Part shown: piece after piece, positions 18,015-25,493 of the stretch | How positions within the stretch are numbered: the first letter of the stretch is position 1 | Layout of the letters: every line of letters begins with the position of its first letter | IMG/VR virus record: IMGVR_UViG_3300020045_003684 | Location: 1 to 27,961 of that record | From: a virus | Taxonomy: Duplodnaviria; Caudoviricetes | DNA length: 27,961 nt | Strand: one strand, 5' to 3' | The notes under the pieces: model-generated | The model's database searches: none | Seen by the model: only the letters and a program-made list of their open reading frames with translations | What the model was told of the DNA's origin: nothing | Translations under genes and position numbers: made by a program

Positions 18015-18341
18015 ATGAATGTGAATGACGAAGGTTTTAAAAAGTATCTGGATATTACGTGGACTGCAAGCCAAACGTCTGCTGATGTAAATCTTAAAGG
18101 CGGCACGCTGGTTGGCATCCTGTTTACAGGCGCTATTTCCACTGACACCACAATGACGTTTTCAGCAAGTATTGATGATGCTACTTATTATCCTTTGCTT
18201 GGGGTTACTGTCACGGTGGCGGGTTCTTCAATGTGCCCTATTGACCCTGTGCCAATGGCTTGCGTCAAGCGTATTAAAGGGATTTTCCCGACCACCAATC
18301 AGACATTAACCGCTAAACTGATTATTCAGCCGGTGGCGTGA
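18015..18341 (+). CDS. Small beta-rich putative virion protein
   Basis: 108 aa, TMTFSASIDDATYY pattern, coupled to the next gene. Confidence 0.5.
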   Translation: MNVNDEGFKKYLDITWTASQTSADVNLKGGTLVGILFTGAISTDTTMTFSASIDDATYYPLLGVTVTVAGSSMCPIDPVPMACVKRIKGIFPTTNQTLTAKLIIQPVA

Positions 18342-19465
18342 TGTATATCTTTCACCAGAAAAGCAGGTTGCGAAAAGACAGGGTTAATGACTTGCCTTTG
18401 GCTAACAGTCTGAAGGCGGTTGTCGGTGCTGACGCTACCATGACAAGGGCATCTGACGCCTCATACGTTGACCGTGACGGCGTGTTGCAGTTTGTCGGCA
18501 GTAACGTGGCAAGGTTTGAGCGCAACGGATTATTGATTGAGCCTGCTGCTACTAACATAGTAGAGGACGGCAGTGACTTAACCGCTGGGACATGGGTTCC
18601 TCAATCATCTACGGTTGTGGCTTCAGGGTTAGCTCCTGACGGCTCTGCCAATTCGTACAAGATAACCGCTACCGATGTTGATGCTGGGATGTTTGCAATA
18701 TGTAGCGGTACGTCAAAGTGCTTTTCAATATGGCTGAAAGCAGGAAGCGTATCATCTGTGGTGTTGTTAAGCAGCGCATTTGATGGCGGTGCAGCAACGC
18801 TAACTAATGAATGGTGCAGATACTATGTTTCATGCCCGTCTGCTGCTGTTGCTTATGTAATAGCGTTAAGCGCTGATGGCAACTCCGCAACTATTGGCGA
18901 TTATATTTATGCTGCGTTTGCTCAAGTTGAGGCTGGCACATTTCCTACGTCATACATTGCAACTTCTGGTGGTTCTGCCGCAAGAGCTAAAGACGTTGTT
19001 GATGTTTCATCTGCTGCATTCCCTGCTGCTAATGCAGATTATACCGTGTCGGTTGAATACGATATTCTCGGCGCTATTGATAGCGTAACCGTTCCTCAAG
19101 CGGTGTGGTCGCTTACAGGCGAAACATATCGTTATCTGCTCGCTGATCTTGAGAATACCGCCGGTATTTCTGCTAATTTCATTTGCGGCGCTGCTGTAAC
19201 TGACAAGGTAGGCGATACCGTAACCACTCCAAGCATGAAAGTAGTGGCAAGGATGGACTCAACAGGGGTTGCTGGTACAAGTGTTTTATCCATGTTTTAC
19301 AGCGGGCTTAAAGACACGCAGTCAGGGATAAGCGGTTTTCCTGCTGGGTCTAAAACATCGTTGGCAATAGGGCATCAAGGCGGGAATAATCAGCTTTGTG
19401 GGCATATCAGGCGACTAGTGGTATATAACAGGGCGCTAACGGACAGGGAGTGCAAGTACGCCTAG
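18338..19465 (+). CDS. Spike/fibre protein with carbohydrate-binding and LamG/ConA-like domains
   Basis: TRASDASYVDRDG...ARFERNGLLIEPAATN, AQVEAGTFPTSYIATSG.SAARAKD and GHIRRLVVYNRALTD. Confidence 0.7.
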   Translation: MMYIFHQKSRLRKDRVNDLPLANSLKAVVGADATMTRASDASYVDRDGVLQFVGSNVARFERNGLLIEPAATNIVEDGSDLTAGTWVPQSSTVVASGLAPDGSANSYKITATDVDAGMFAICSGTSKCFSIWLKAGSVSSVVLLSSAFDGGAATLTNEWCRYYVSCPSAAVAYVIALSADGNSATIGDYIYAAFAQVEAGTFPTSYIATSGGSAARAKDVVDVSSAAFPAANADYTVSVEYDILGAIDSVTVPQAVWSLTGETYRYLLADLENTAGISANFICGAAVTDKVGDTVTTPSMKVVARMDSTGVAGTSVLSMFYSGLKDTQSGISGFPAGSKTSLAIGHQGGNNQLCGHIRRLVVYNRALTDRECKYA

Positions 19466-19494
19466 TTGCGAATAATATTCGCATAGAGTATTGT
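19466..19494 (+). promoter_or_regulatory. Candidate sigma70 promoter overlapped by a palindromic operator
   Basis: TTGCGA-17bp-TATTGT, with inverted repeat TGCGAATA-A-TATTCGCA at 19467-19483. Confidence 0.45.
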
Positions 19495-19516
19495 GAAGCT
19501 GAATCAAGGAGGTTTT

Positions 19517-19732
19517 ATGTTATTATTCTTGCTAGGCGTTACAGCACAATTCTCGATAGCTTTTTGCCTGATATGGTTCCACTGGAAAACAAGCGGTGGA
19601 ATGCTTGATTACTTGCTCAAGGATGCATTTTCTTGTTTTGACTCGGTGGAAAAAATGGTTGTAATGCTCCCAATGCAAGCCGTTCTTACCTACTACACTA
19701 TTGATATTGCTTATATGTATGTGGTGCCATAA
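19517..19732 (+). CDS. Small membrane protein
   Basis: RBS AAGGAGG before ATG 19517; two hydrophobic segments; TAATG-coupled to the endolysin. Confidence 0.6.
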   Translation: MLLFLLGVTAQFSIAFCLIWFHWKTSGGMLDYLLKDAFSCFDSVEKMVVMLPMQAVLTYYTIDIAYMYVVP

Positions 19733-20145
19733 TGATAGCCTCCCGTAAAATATCTGACCTTCACCCTAAAGTCGCTACGCTTTGCAATCTGTTTGTTGAG
19801 CATTGCGACGAAGCTGGAATTGATGTTTTAATCACTAGCACATATCGTGATAACGAATCGCAGAATGCCCTGTATGCTCAAGGGCGCACTACTGAAGGAC
19901 ACAAAGTAACCAATGCCAAGGGCGGGGAATCCTTCCATAACTACCGATTAGCTTTTGATTTCGTTCCCATGCTTAACGGTAAATGCGCGTGGTCAGATAC
20001 GGCACTGTTTAAGCGGTGCGGAAAGATAGCTGAAGAATGCGGGCTAGAGTGGGGTGGTAATTGGGGTAAATTTAAGGATATGCCGCACTGCCAGTATACA
20101 AATGGACTAACAATATCCGACCTTAAAGCGGGGAAAATGATATGA
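19732..20145 (+). CDS. Endolysin, M15 family (L-Ala-D-Glu type) peptidase
   Basis: TYRDNESQNALYAQGRT, VTNAKGGESFHNYRLAFD (SxH-x6-D) and WGGNW..FKDMPH. Confidence 0.92.
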   Translation: MIASRKISDLHPKVATLCNLFVEHCDEAGIDVLITSTYRDNESQNALYAQGRTTEGHKVTNAKGGESFHNYRLAFDFVPMLNGKCAWSDTALFKRCGKIAEECGLEWGGNWGKFKDMPHCQYTNGLTISDLKAGKMI

Positions 20146-20240
20146 AAAAAGACAAGGATGCGGATTTATTGGCTTATTTAGTTGTTGGCGCGATGGTTAC
20201 TATGTGCGCTGTTTTATTTCTAATGATGGGTCTTATGTAA
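20142..20240 (+). CDS. 32-aa single-TM peptide (not in ORF track)
   Basis: MKKDKDADLLAYLVVGAMVTMCAVLFLMMGLM; ATGA overlap upstream and TAATG overlap downstream. Confidence 0.55.
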   Translation: MKKDKDADLLAYLVVGAMVTMCAVLFLMMGLM

Positions 20241-20608
20241 TGCTTTATGAGGATATTTGCAAGTACAAGTACCGGCTGCTAGAAAACGAGGAATTCGATA
20301 CCGGAATCACTGGCATCTACGCTAGTACCGAATATCTGACAATTTTTGACACTGGGCTGATGATAGCGAAAAAGCACTATTGTTGGGACGGGGCAAGTGG
20401 TCCGACTATCGACACCGACAACACAATGAGAGCCTCTCTAGGACATGACCTACTCTATCAATGTATTAGGCTTGGCATACTGTCACAATCCCACAGGGAA
20501 GCCGCTGATAAGCTCTTGCGCAAATGGCTGCTAGAAGATGGAATGAGCCATGTCAGGGCGCAATTATGGTATGAAGGCGTCAGGGCTTTTGGCGGGCTGC
20601 ATACATAG
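20240..20608 (+). CDS. DUF1353-like protein
   Basis: YCWDGASGPTIDT...RASLGHDLLYQ...ADKLL...WYEGVRAFG. Confidence 0.75.
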   Translation: MLYEDICKYKYRLLENEEFDTGITGIYASTEYLTIFDTGLMIAKKHYCWDGASGPTIDTDNTMRASLGHDLLYQCIRLGILSQSHREAADKLLRKWLLEDGMSHVRAQLWYEGVRAFGGLHT

Positions 20609-20909
20609 CCGCATCATGGTTATCCCTGCTTTCCTTGCACGTTTTACACAGTGAATAATAACGAGTGCGCTCACCTAAAAACGACATATCGAAGTATTCT
20701 TGGTGCTGCTTGCAGAAAAACATATTTGGAATCGGGGGGGCTTTTCCGGCTTTGGCATTATCAACACCTTGGCATTTTACGCATCGTTTTGTTGACGTAT
20801 ACCGAATACTGCCTCCATCCTTACGGCATATTTCGCCGTGAAACTTCTTGATTTTAAATAACTTGGCTTGCTCGTAGTTTTCAGCAACTGTGAAAGCGGT
20901 GATAATCAT
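20580..20909 (-). CDS. Hypothetical Cys-rich (Zn-binding) protein
   Basis: FHGEIC...RYTSTKRCVKC and a second CxxH/CxxC pair. Confidence 0.6.
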   Translation of the reverse strand: MIITAFTVAENYEQAKLFKIKKFHGEICRKDGGSIRYTSTKRCVKCQGVDNAKAGKAPPIPNMFFCKQHQEYFDMSFLGERTRYYSLCKTCKESRDNHDAAMYAARQKP

Positions 20910-21118
20910 CCTACAAACCCGCCCATTGCGCCGCCCTTAGCGACTGTTAGAAACTCAAAATCGGCACAATCATAGCCCATATCTGTGACGATTACTTGAG
21001 TGTGCGAGTAGATCAGGTGTTTCGACGGATTATCTTGGTGCGTAGTGCATGAATGACGGTGCATACATTTATCATTACTGCATAAAACTAAATAACTATT
21101 GCTCACTGCTTCACCCAT
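20906..21118 (-). CDS. Hypothetical small Cys-rich protein
   Basis: C-x4-C-x5-C pattern; overlaps both neighbours. Confidence 0.5.
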   Translation of the reverse strand: MGEAVSNSYLVLCSNDKCMHRHSCTTHQDNPSKHLIYSHTQVIVTDMGYDCADFEFLTVAKGGAMGGFVG

Positions 21119-22278
21119 GATCTGCTGCGGTCTAACTCGCCAGCGTCTTTATGGTAGTAAATGGCTGTCATATCCCTGATGCTTCTGTAACCGCTAGAGT
21201 GTGACCACGAATCGCCAGCAGCAAGCGTTCTGTGGCTTTCTACCGTGCATCCAGGGAAGTCGTGATGCGTCTTTGAGTGGATATGCCCCATATGAATATG
21301 CCGGTGTAGTGTAGCGCCCCACATTTCAGGGACATCGTGCGCCATAATCAGCGGCATCTGTGCTGGTTTCGCATAGTCGCCATGAGTCGACCCTAGCAAC
21401 ACTCTGCCGTGCTGGTAATACCAGAATTTAGATATTGAAGGCTCAATAGTCACTCGCTTATCTTTGCAGTAATACGCTTGCAGCACCTTTGCCAACATTT
21501 GACTTGTTAAATTGTCGTGATTCCCGATATTGTTCTGCACCACCACACGGGAATGCTTGCGAAGCGAATAGTCAATACAGGTACGCATGAGTTGTATGCC
21601 GGTATCCATAACACGCGACCACCTACCGTCAACATCCAGCTTGTGACCGGAATTAGTGAGCTGGGACTGATTATCTGCATGATAAAAGTCGCCTAGATTC
21701 AGAATTACAGCTACACCGCTTGCCGGTGATCTATCCACTAAATCAACCATTGCCCCGCATAAATTCCTTTCAGCTATTTCGCAGTCAAAATTTGCCCCGC
21801 CGTTCTCCTTGCCATAGGCATATAAACCAATATGAGGGTCTCCAAGGCAATAACAGGTCATCATATCCTTGTCTGCTATCTTTGGACGCGGGACGGGTTT
21901 CGCTAGTCCTTTATACGGTTCTGCGAGTACCTTACAAGCCTCTGTAAACGACTCCAGTAAATCCTGCTGCGCTACATTTGTTTTCACCCATTGAGATTTG
22001 ATGACACCATCACCGTCATACAAGGTCGATACGCCTTTGACGATGTGAGTAGCTGGTGTTGGGTGGGTCATATCGTGGGCTGGAGAATAGCCGCGCAAAG
22101 CCGCTCTTTGTGTTAGCTTATCAACTAATTCTCGCAGCCTCTTGCCGTCTATCCCTAGCTCCATTCCAGCGCGATACGCAGTACCGTGATCAATCAACGC
22201 CTGAAACCGTACGGTCTCGCGTACAGTCTCGCAAAACTCTAGCAGCTTCGGGTCAACGTCTTTATAGTTTTTTTTCAC
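21103..22278 (-). CDS. Calcineurin-like metallophosphoesterase with N-terminal HTH-like region
   Basis: GDPHIG, NLGDFYH, GNHD, HGD and GHIH motifs. Confidence 0.85.
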   Translation of the reverse strand: MKKNYKDVDPKLLEFCETVRETVRFQALIDHGTAYRAGMELGIDGKRLRELVDKLTQRAALRGYSPAHDMTHPTPATHIVKGVSTLYDGDGVIKSQWVKTNVAQQDLLESFTEACKVLAEPYKGLAKPVPRPKIADKDMMTCYCLGDPHIGLYAYGKENGGANFDCEIAERNLCGAMVDLVDRSPASGVAVILNLGDFYHADNQSQLTNSGHKLDVDGRWSRVMDTGIQLMRTCIDYSLRKHSRVVVQNNIGNHDNLTSQMLAKVLQAYYCKDKRVTIEPSISKFWYYQHGRVLLGSTHGDYAKPAQMPLIMAHDVPEMWGATLHRHIHMGHIHSKTHHDFPGCTVESHRTLAAGDSWSHSSGYRSIRDMTAIYYHKDAGELDRSRSWVKQ

Positions 22279-22583
22279 TCGGCATCGTCATCCTGTAGGA
22301 AAGCACCTATTTTATCAGATAACTCTATTGCTGGCGTGGTATGTACTGGTGGATGGGGAAGCAGCTTGTCAAGACCTAAAGTCTCCATTTCAATCAGAAG
22401 GTCTATGTAATGGCGTGCTTTTTGTAGATCAGCCACCCCGCCTTTGCACCGCCATCTGCTCACATACTTAATTACGTTTCCTTCACAATACGGTATTTCG
22501 TTGGCGTGTATGTACTCGATTGGCTGTATGGCTAGTCTCGTATAATGGCTGCCGTTTACCTGTTTTTCCAGTGCGCTAGTCAT
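22275..22583 (-). CDS. DUF3310 (T7 gp1.7/SaV-like) protein
   Basis: QVNGSHY...IQPIEYI...GNVIKYVSRWRCKGGVADLQKARHYIDLLIE. Confidence 0.9.
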   Translation of the reverse strand: MTSALEKQVNGSHYTRLAIQPIEYIHANEIPYCEGNVIKYVSRWRCKGGVADLQKARHYIDLLIEMETLGLDKLLPHPPVHTTPAIELSDKIGAFLQDDDAE

Positions 22584-22786
22584 TGTTTATCACCTTTCAT
22601 TAGCCAATTGATAAGACTTTTCCGGTATTGATTCTTTTTCCTTTTGTAAAATGCTATTAGCCTGATAGTGATTAAGTCGTCTCTATCGTTGTAATAGTCG
22701 CAGATAACCCGCCTTAATGTTTCTGAATTGGCTTTCTCTTTTGCTTGAAGGTCTTTTATCGCGGCTTCCATTTCGTCGTGCGTCAT
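22580..22786 (-). CDS. Hypothetical protein
   Basis: 68-aa ORF with AAGGA RBS, ATGA-coupled to DUF3310. Confidence 0.55.
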   Translation of the reverse strand: MTHDEMEAAIKDLQAKEKANSETLRRVICDYYNDRDDLITIRLIAFYKRKKNQYRKSLINWLMKGDKQ

Positions 22787-22817
22787 ATCTGCGTCCTTGA
22801 TTAGTGCCGTCCTTGGC
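22787..22817 (-). promoter_or_regulatory. Two CsrA/RsmA-type CAAGGAC sites, one overlapping the RBS
   Basis: Minus strand GCC-AAGGAC-GGC hairpin (22817-22806), then ATCAAGGACGCAGAT directly before the ATG. Confidence 0.45.
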
Positions 22818-22825
22818 GATGAAAA

Positions 22826-22924
22826 TTATACGGCTGGTGTATGGCTGCTACATTCAGTCCGGACTGGTAGCGAGTTAGTGTGCATTGTAAAGAGGCCTAC
22901 TCAAACCATACACCATGCGTATAA
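22826..22924 (-). ncRNA. Putative structured RNA: long stem closing a three-way junction
   Basis: TTATACG/CGTATAA plus TGGTGTATGGTT/AGCCATACACCA enclose GAGTAG..CTAACTC and GCTAC-CAGTC..GACTG-AAT-GTAGC. Confidence 0.55.
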
Positions 22925-22951
22925 ATGCCTTTCTTTTGCGATGTAAGGCTC

Positions 22952-23038
22952 ATCGGGCGGGAGTGAGACCGCACTTCATCCCCTACGGGGGTTCTGCAAG
23001 ACGGCATTTCTGCCGCCGGATATATCCTACTACCCGAT
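22952..23038 (-). ncRNA. Putative multi-branch (cloverleaf-like) RNA
   Basis: Closing stem ATCGGGT/GCCCGAT; internal GGCGGCA-GAAA-TGCCGTC, CCC-CGTA-GGG and GCGG-8nt-CCGC. Confidence 0.4.
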
Positions 23039-23059
23039 TGTGTCAGGGTTCAGATATTC

Positions 23060-23284
23060 TTATATAGGCTGCAAATCAACAACGCCGCCCGGATTAGGCT
23101 TGTCAATTCCGCTGACAACACAACGGCTCAACGGCGCTGTAATGGTATCAACCGCGCCTTCAACAACCACCAAATCAGTATTTGGCGAATCTACAGCCTG
23201 CTCAATGCTTGCTGGCACAGTGTTAATGCGCCCGAAGTATTTGCCGTCACCAATAATATGTAATACACCAATTCCTAAATCCAT
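23060..23284 (-). CDS. Hypothetical protein
   Basis: ORF from MDLGIGVLH, in operon orientation. Confidence 0.5.
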   Translation of the reverse strand: MDLGIGVLHIIGDGKYFGRINTVPASIEQAVDSPNTDLVVVEGAVDTITAPLSRCVVSGIDKPNPGGVVDLQPI

Positions 23285-23312
23285 CTTCTTGCCCTCGTTA
23301 TGCCTTGCGGCG

Positions 23313-23429
23313 TTATAAATCCTCAATTAGTTTTAAGACTTCCAATACATACGACAAGCATAAGTCGCACTCCTCATCGCTCGGTAACAACTGTTCCCCA
23401 CACCCCTCACACCACTCAAGCATAGCCAT
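23313..23429 (-). CDS. 38-aa zinc-ribbon peptide (not in ORF track)
   Basis: MAMLEWCEGCGEQLLPSDEECDLCLSYVLEVLKLIEDL, with two CxxC. Confidence 0.5.
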   Translation of the reverse strand: MAMLEWCEGCGEQLLPSDEECDLCLSYVLEVLKLIEDL

Positions 23430-23430
23430 A

Positions 23431-23649
23431 TTAACCTGCAAAAAACCGTACTACTGAAAACACAGCACCGGCTACTAGCATCCCCACAATGCATCCGGAT
23501 AAAAACCCATCCCAAAACTCGTTATTTCTTGGCGGGCATAATTCGATGATAGGCTTTGGCGCATTACCGGCAAACTGAATACAAGTCTGCACTTTCTTGA
23601 TACGCGGCTTCTTTGCTACTTTGTTCATTGGGCGTGGTGATGGTTTCAT
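23431..23649 (-). CDS. Small protein with C-terminal TM helix
   Basis: AGGAG RBS before MKPSPRP; FWDGFLSGCIVGMLVAGAVF. Confidence 0.55.
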   Translation of the reverse strand: MKPSPRPMNKVAKKPRIKKVQTCIQFAGNAPKPIIELCPPRNNEFWDGFLSGCIVGMLVAGAVFSVVRFFAG

Positions 23650-23651
23650 AC

Positions 23652-23783
23652 TCACTCCTGTACACAAGGTTTATGGTAGTTATACATACACTCATCTTGA
23701 TAATCTTGACCAGATACATAAATCCAGATTGTCATTATAGCTACGAGAATAATAGCTAGTCTGATATTGCCGTTGCCGTTCAT
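23652..23783 (-). CDS. 43-aa membrane peptide (not in ORF track)
   Basis: MNGNGNIRLAIILVAIMTIWIYVSGQDYQDECMYNYHKPCVQE; ATGA overlap with the upstream gene. Confidence 0.5.
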   Translation of the reverse strand: MNGNGNIRLAIILVAIMTIWIYVSGQDYQDECMYNYHKPCVQE

Positions 23784-24100
23784 TTTACTGACTCCAATTC
23801 ATACTCACGGATATTATCTATTCGCTGTAGTGGTTGCGTGGTTATATCCCCGCCGCTTCCTAGCAAATGACTTTGCGTAGATGATACTGGGCTGGAAAAC
23901 CTTACGCTGTAGTAGCATTTTTCGTATTCGCAAGATGATTTAACAATCATCCCGCTATGAATACCAATGACAGTCCTTACAATATCACCTTCTGAAAACA
24001 CAGGGTCTTTTGCAAATACGAGGCCACCAATACCGGCAAACAGAATTAAACACAATCCTAAAGTAATAATAAATGTAAAAACCCACTCGCCTATGATCAT
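23780..24100 (-). CDS. Membrane-anchored hypothetical protein
   Basis: N-terminal TM followed by an SH3/KOW-like pattern FSEGDIVR...YSVRF...EYELE. Confidence 0.6.
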   Translation of the reverse strand: MIIGEWVFTFIITLGLCLILFAGIGGLVFAKDPVFSEGDIVRTVIGIHSGMIVKSSCEYEKCYYSVRFSSPVSSTQSHLLGSGGDITTQPLQRIDNIREYELESVK

Positions 24101-24279
24101 TTTTTCACCTTCATCTTAAAATGCAATAAATCCCACAGCGCTTCCGGCATGTTGTAATCCGTTTCATCTTCCCACTTCTGAACACAACGCAAGCCACGAG
24201 ACACTACCGCCCCTAACTGTGACTGCGTTAGTTCATGCCTCACTCTAAACTTCTTGATCATTTTCGGTGTGATTTTCAT
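24097..24279 (-). CDS. XRE/Cro-type HTH regulator
   Basis: IKKFRVRHELTQSQLGAVVSRGLRCVQKWE; RBS GAGGT. Confidence 0.8.
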   Translation of the reverse strand: MKITPKMIKKFRVRHELTQSQLGAVVSRGLRCVQKWEDETDYNMPEALWDLLHFKMKVKK

Positions 24280-24299
24280 GTTTACCTCGTATTAAATAA

Positions 24300-24383
24300 T
24301 GGTGGGGAAATAGAGACTCGAACTCTAACGCCTTGCGGCACTGGTTTCTAAAACCAGAATGTCTACCATTCCATCATTTCCCC
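24300..24383 (-). tRNA. tRNA-Leu (anticodon UAG)
   Basis: Acceptor GGGGAAA/TTTCCCC-A-CCA, anticodon arm CTGGT-TTTAGAA-ACCAG, variable arm GCCGCAAGGC, T loop TTCGAGT. Confidence 0.93.
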
Positions 24384-24384
24384 T

Positions 24385-24461
24385 TGGTCAGGGCGGAAGG
24401 ATTTGAACCTTCGACCGCTCGGCTCCAAACCGACCACGCTACCAGACTGCGCCACGCCCTG
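24385..24461 (-). tRNA. tRNA-Pro (anticodon UGG)
   Basis: Acceptor CAGGGCG/CGCCCTG-A-CCA, anticodon loop TTTGGAG, T arm GAAGG-TTCAAAT-CCTTC. Confidence 0.93.
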
Positions 24462-24468
24462 ATGTTCA

Positions 24469-24498
24469 CGAATTTAGTACATATTATCCGAATTTAGT
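24469..24498. repeat. 10-bp direct repeat upstream of the tRNAs, overlapping a candidate promoter
   Basis: CGAATTTAGT at 24469-24478 and 24489-24498; the minus strand has TTGCCT-17bp-TAATAT across it. Confidence 0.5.
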
Positions 24499-25017
24499 GC
24501 GCAAGGCAATAATCTTTGCCTTGTATATTTTCTCTATCTGCTTCAATTCATCTACCGTCCATCGCTTTGTATCGTTGGCGACTTCCAGCGCCTCGACATT
24601 ATCTATCCCTATTTTCTTGATTAACGCTATCCGGTATTCGACCAGATTCCCGCTTTTGTGGTTATTGCACGGGGCGCACTGCTTGTGTACGTTCAATTCT
24701 GCAAACCGCAATAAAGAGTGTACTGACGGCCTGTAGTGCCCTGCATGGTACTGTCCAGTATGATGCCTGCCACAACTGATACACGGCTCTTTTCCGTCTC
24801 TCAATCGAATGTAGGCGTTAAAAGCCGCTTGCGCTTTCTTTGTCCAGTGTCCGCGGTCAGTATCAAGTAGCTTCCTTCGGGCTTTCGATTGCTCTTTAGT
24901 GATTGATTTCTTGCTCTGTGTTCGCGTCCATGCAATAGCGCATTCCATACAGCATACAGACTGCATGGGTTTAGTAGCGGTGAACTCTTGGCTACAGGCT
25001 TTGCACTTTTTACTCAT
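24484..25017 (-). CDS. ninG: NinG/Rap recombination endonuclease
   Basis: KCKAC...AQAAFNAYIRLRD..PCISCG....QYHAGHY...LRFAELNVHKQCAPCNNHKSGNLVEYRIALIKKIG. Confidence 0.92.
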   Translation of the reverse strand: MSKKCKACSQEFTATKPMQSVCCMECAIAWTRTQSKKSITKEQSKARRKLLDTDRGHWTKKAQAAFNAYIRLRDGKEPCISCGRHHTGQYHAGHYRPSVHSLLRFAELNVHKQCAPCNNHKSGNLVEYRIALIKKIGIDNVEALEVANDTKRWTVDELKQIEKIYKAKIIALRTKFG

Positions 25018-25177
25018 ACATACCCATGCTATTAGCCGCCATTTCTTTTAGTGTTTCCATCTTGCGTTCATGGCACTTATCGCATTCCAATCTGCCGTCC
25101 TTGCCTTTGCGATGCAGTTCTTCAATATGCCGCATCTTGTGGCAAAAGTTACAAATAAACCCGTCTACTTCTTCCAT
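25010..25177 (-). CDS. 55-aa zinc-finger protein (not in ORF track)
   Basis: MEEVDGFICNFCHK...LECDKCHERK; fills the gap in the operon. Confidence 0.55.
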   Translation of the reverse strand: MEEVDGFICNFCHKMRHIEELHRKGKDGRLECDKCHERKMETLKEMAANSMGMYE

Positions 25178-25401
25178 ATAATCCATACTCCGTGATATTG
25201 AAACCCGTTGTATTCACCCCTATCTTCTACCGATGGTATTTCAGCTCTCGTTTTCTTATGTATCATATCAACCGGATTTCGGTCAAGAATTATAACCGGC
25301 TGCTTATCGGTTTCATGGCGATAGGACAGAATTTTTATACCTGACAATACACATAGTCGTATTGCACCTAGTAGTGGTTGTGGGGCATCTTCGCATTTCA
25401 T
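25165..25401 (-). CDS. Hypothetical protein
   Basis: GGAG RBS before MKCEDAP. Confidence 0.5.
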   Translation of the reverse strand: MKCEDAPQPLLGAIRLCVLSGIKILSYRHETDKQPVIILDRNPVDMIHKKTRAEIPSVEDRGEYNGFQYHGVWIIWKK

Positions 25402-25493
25402 ATCACACTCCAATAAACAATAAACCCCGCACAGATTAAAATCACGATTAGCGGGAAGCGCGTGTCGTGGGCGATGAAGTTAAGGAGTTTCAT
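25398..25493 (-). CDS. 31-aa TM peptide (not in ORF track)
   Basis: MKLLNFIAHDTRFPLIVILICAGFIVYWSVI; overlaps both neighbours. Confidence 0.4.
   Translation of the reverse strand: MKLLNFIAHDTRFPLIVILICAGFIVYWSVI

Noticed and set aside
16901-20608. BPP-1-type diversity-generating retroelement
   Set aside because: No reverse transcriptase and no template/variable repeat pair visible in the window.
22826-23038. Hammerhead, twister or HDV-like ribozyme, or a third true tRNA
   Set aside because: Catalytic consensus elements (e.g. CUGANGA with GAAA) and tRNA hallmarks (TTCR loop, CCA) were not found by eye.
24300-24383. tRNA-Leu as an amber suppressor
   Set aside because: The anticodon reads UAG 5'-3', which decodes CUA (Leu); an amber suppressor would have anticodon CUA.
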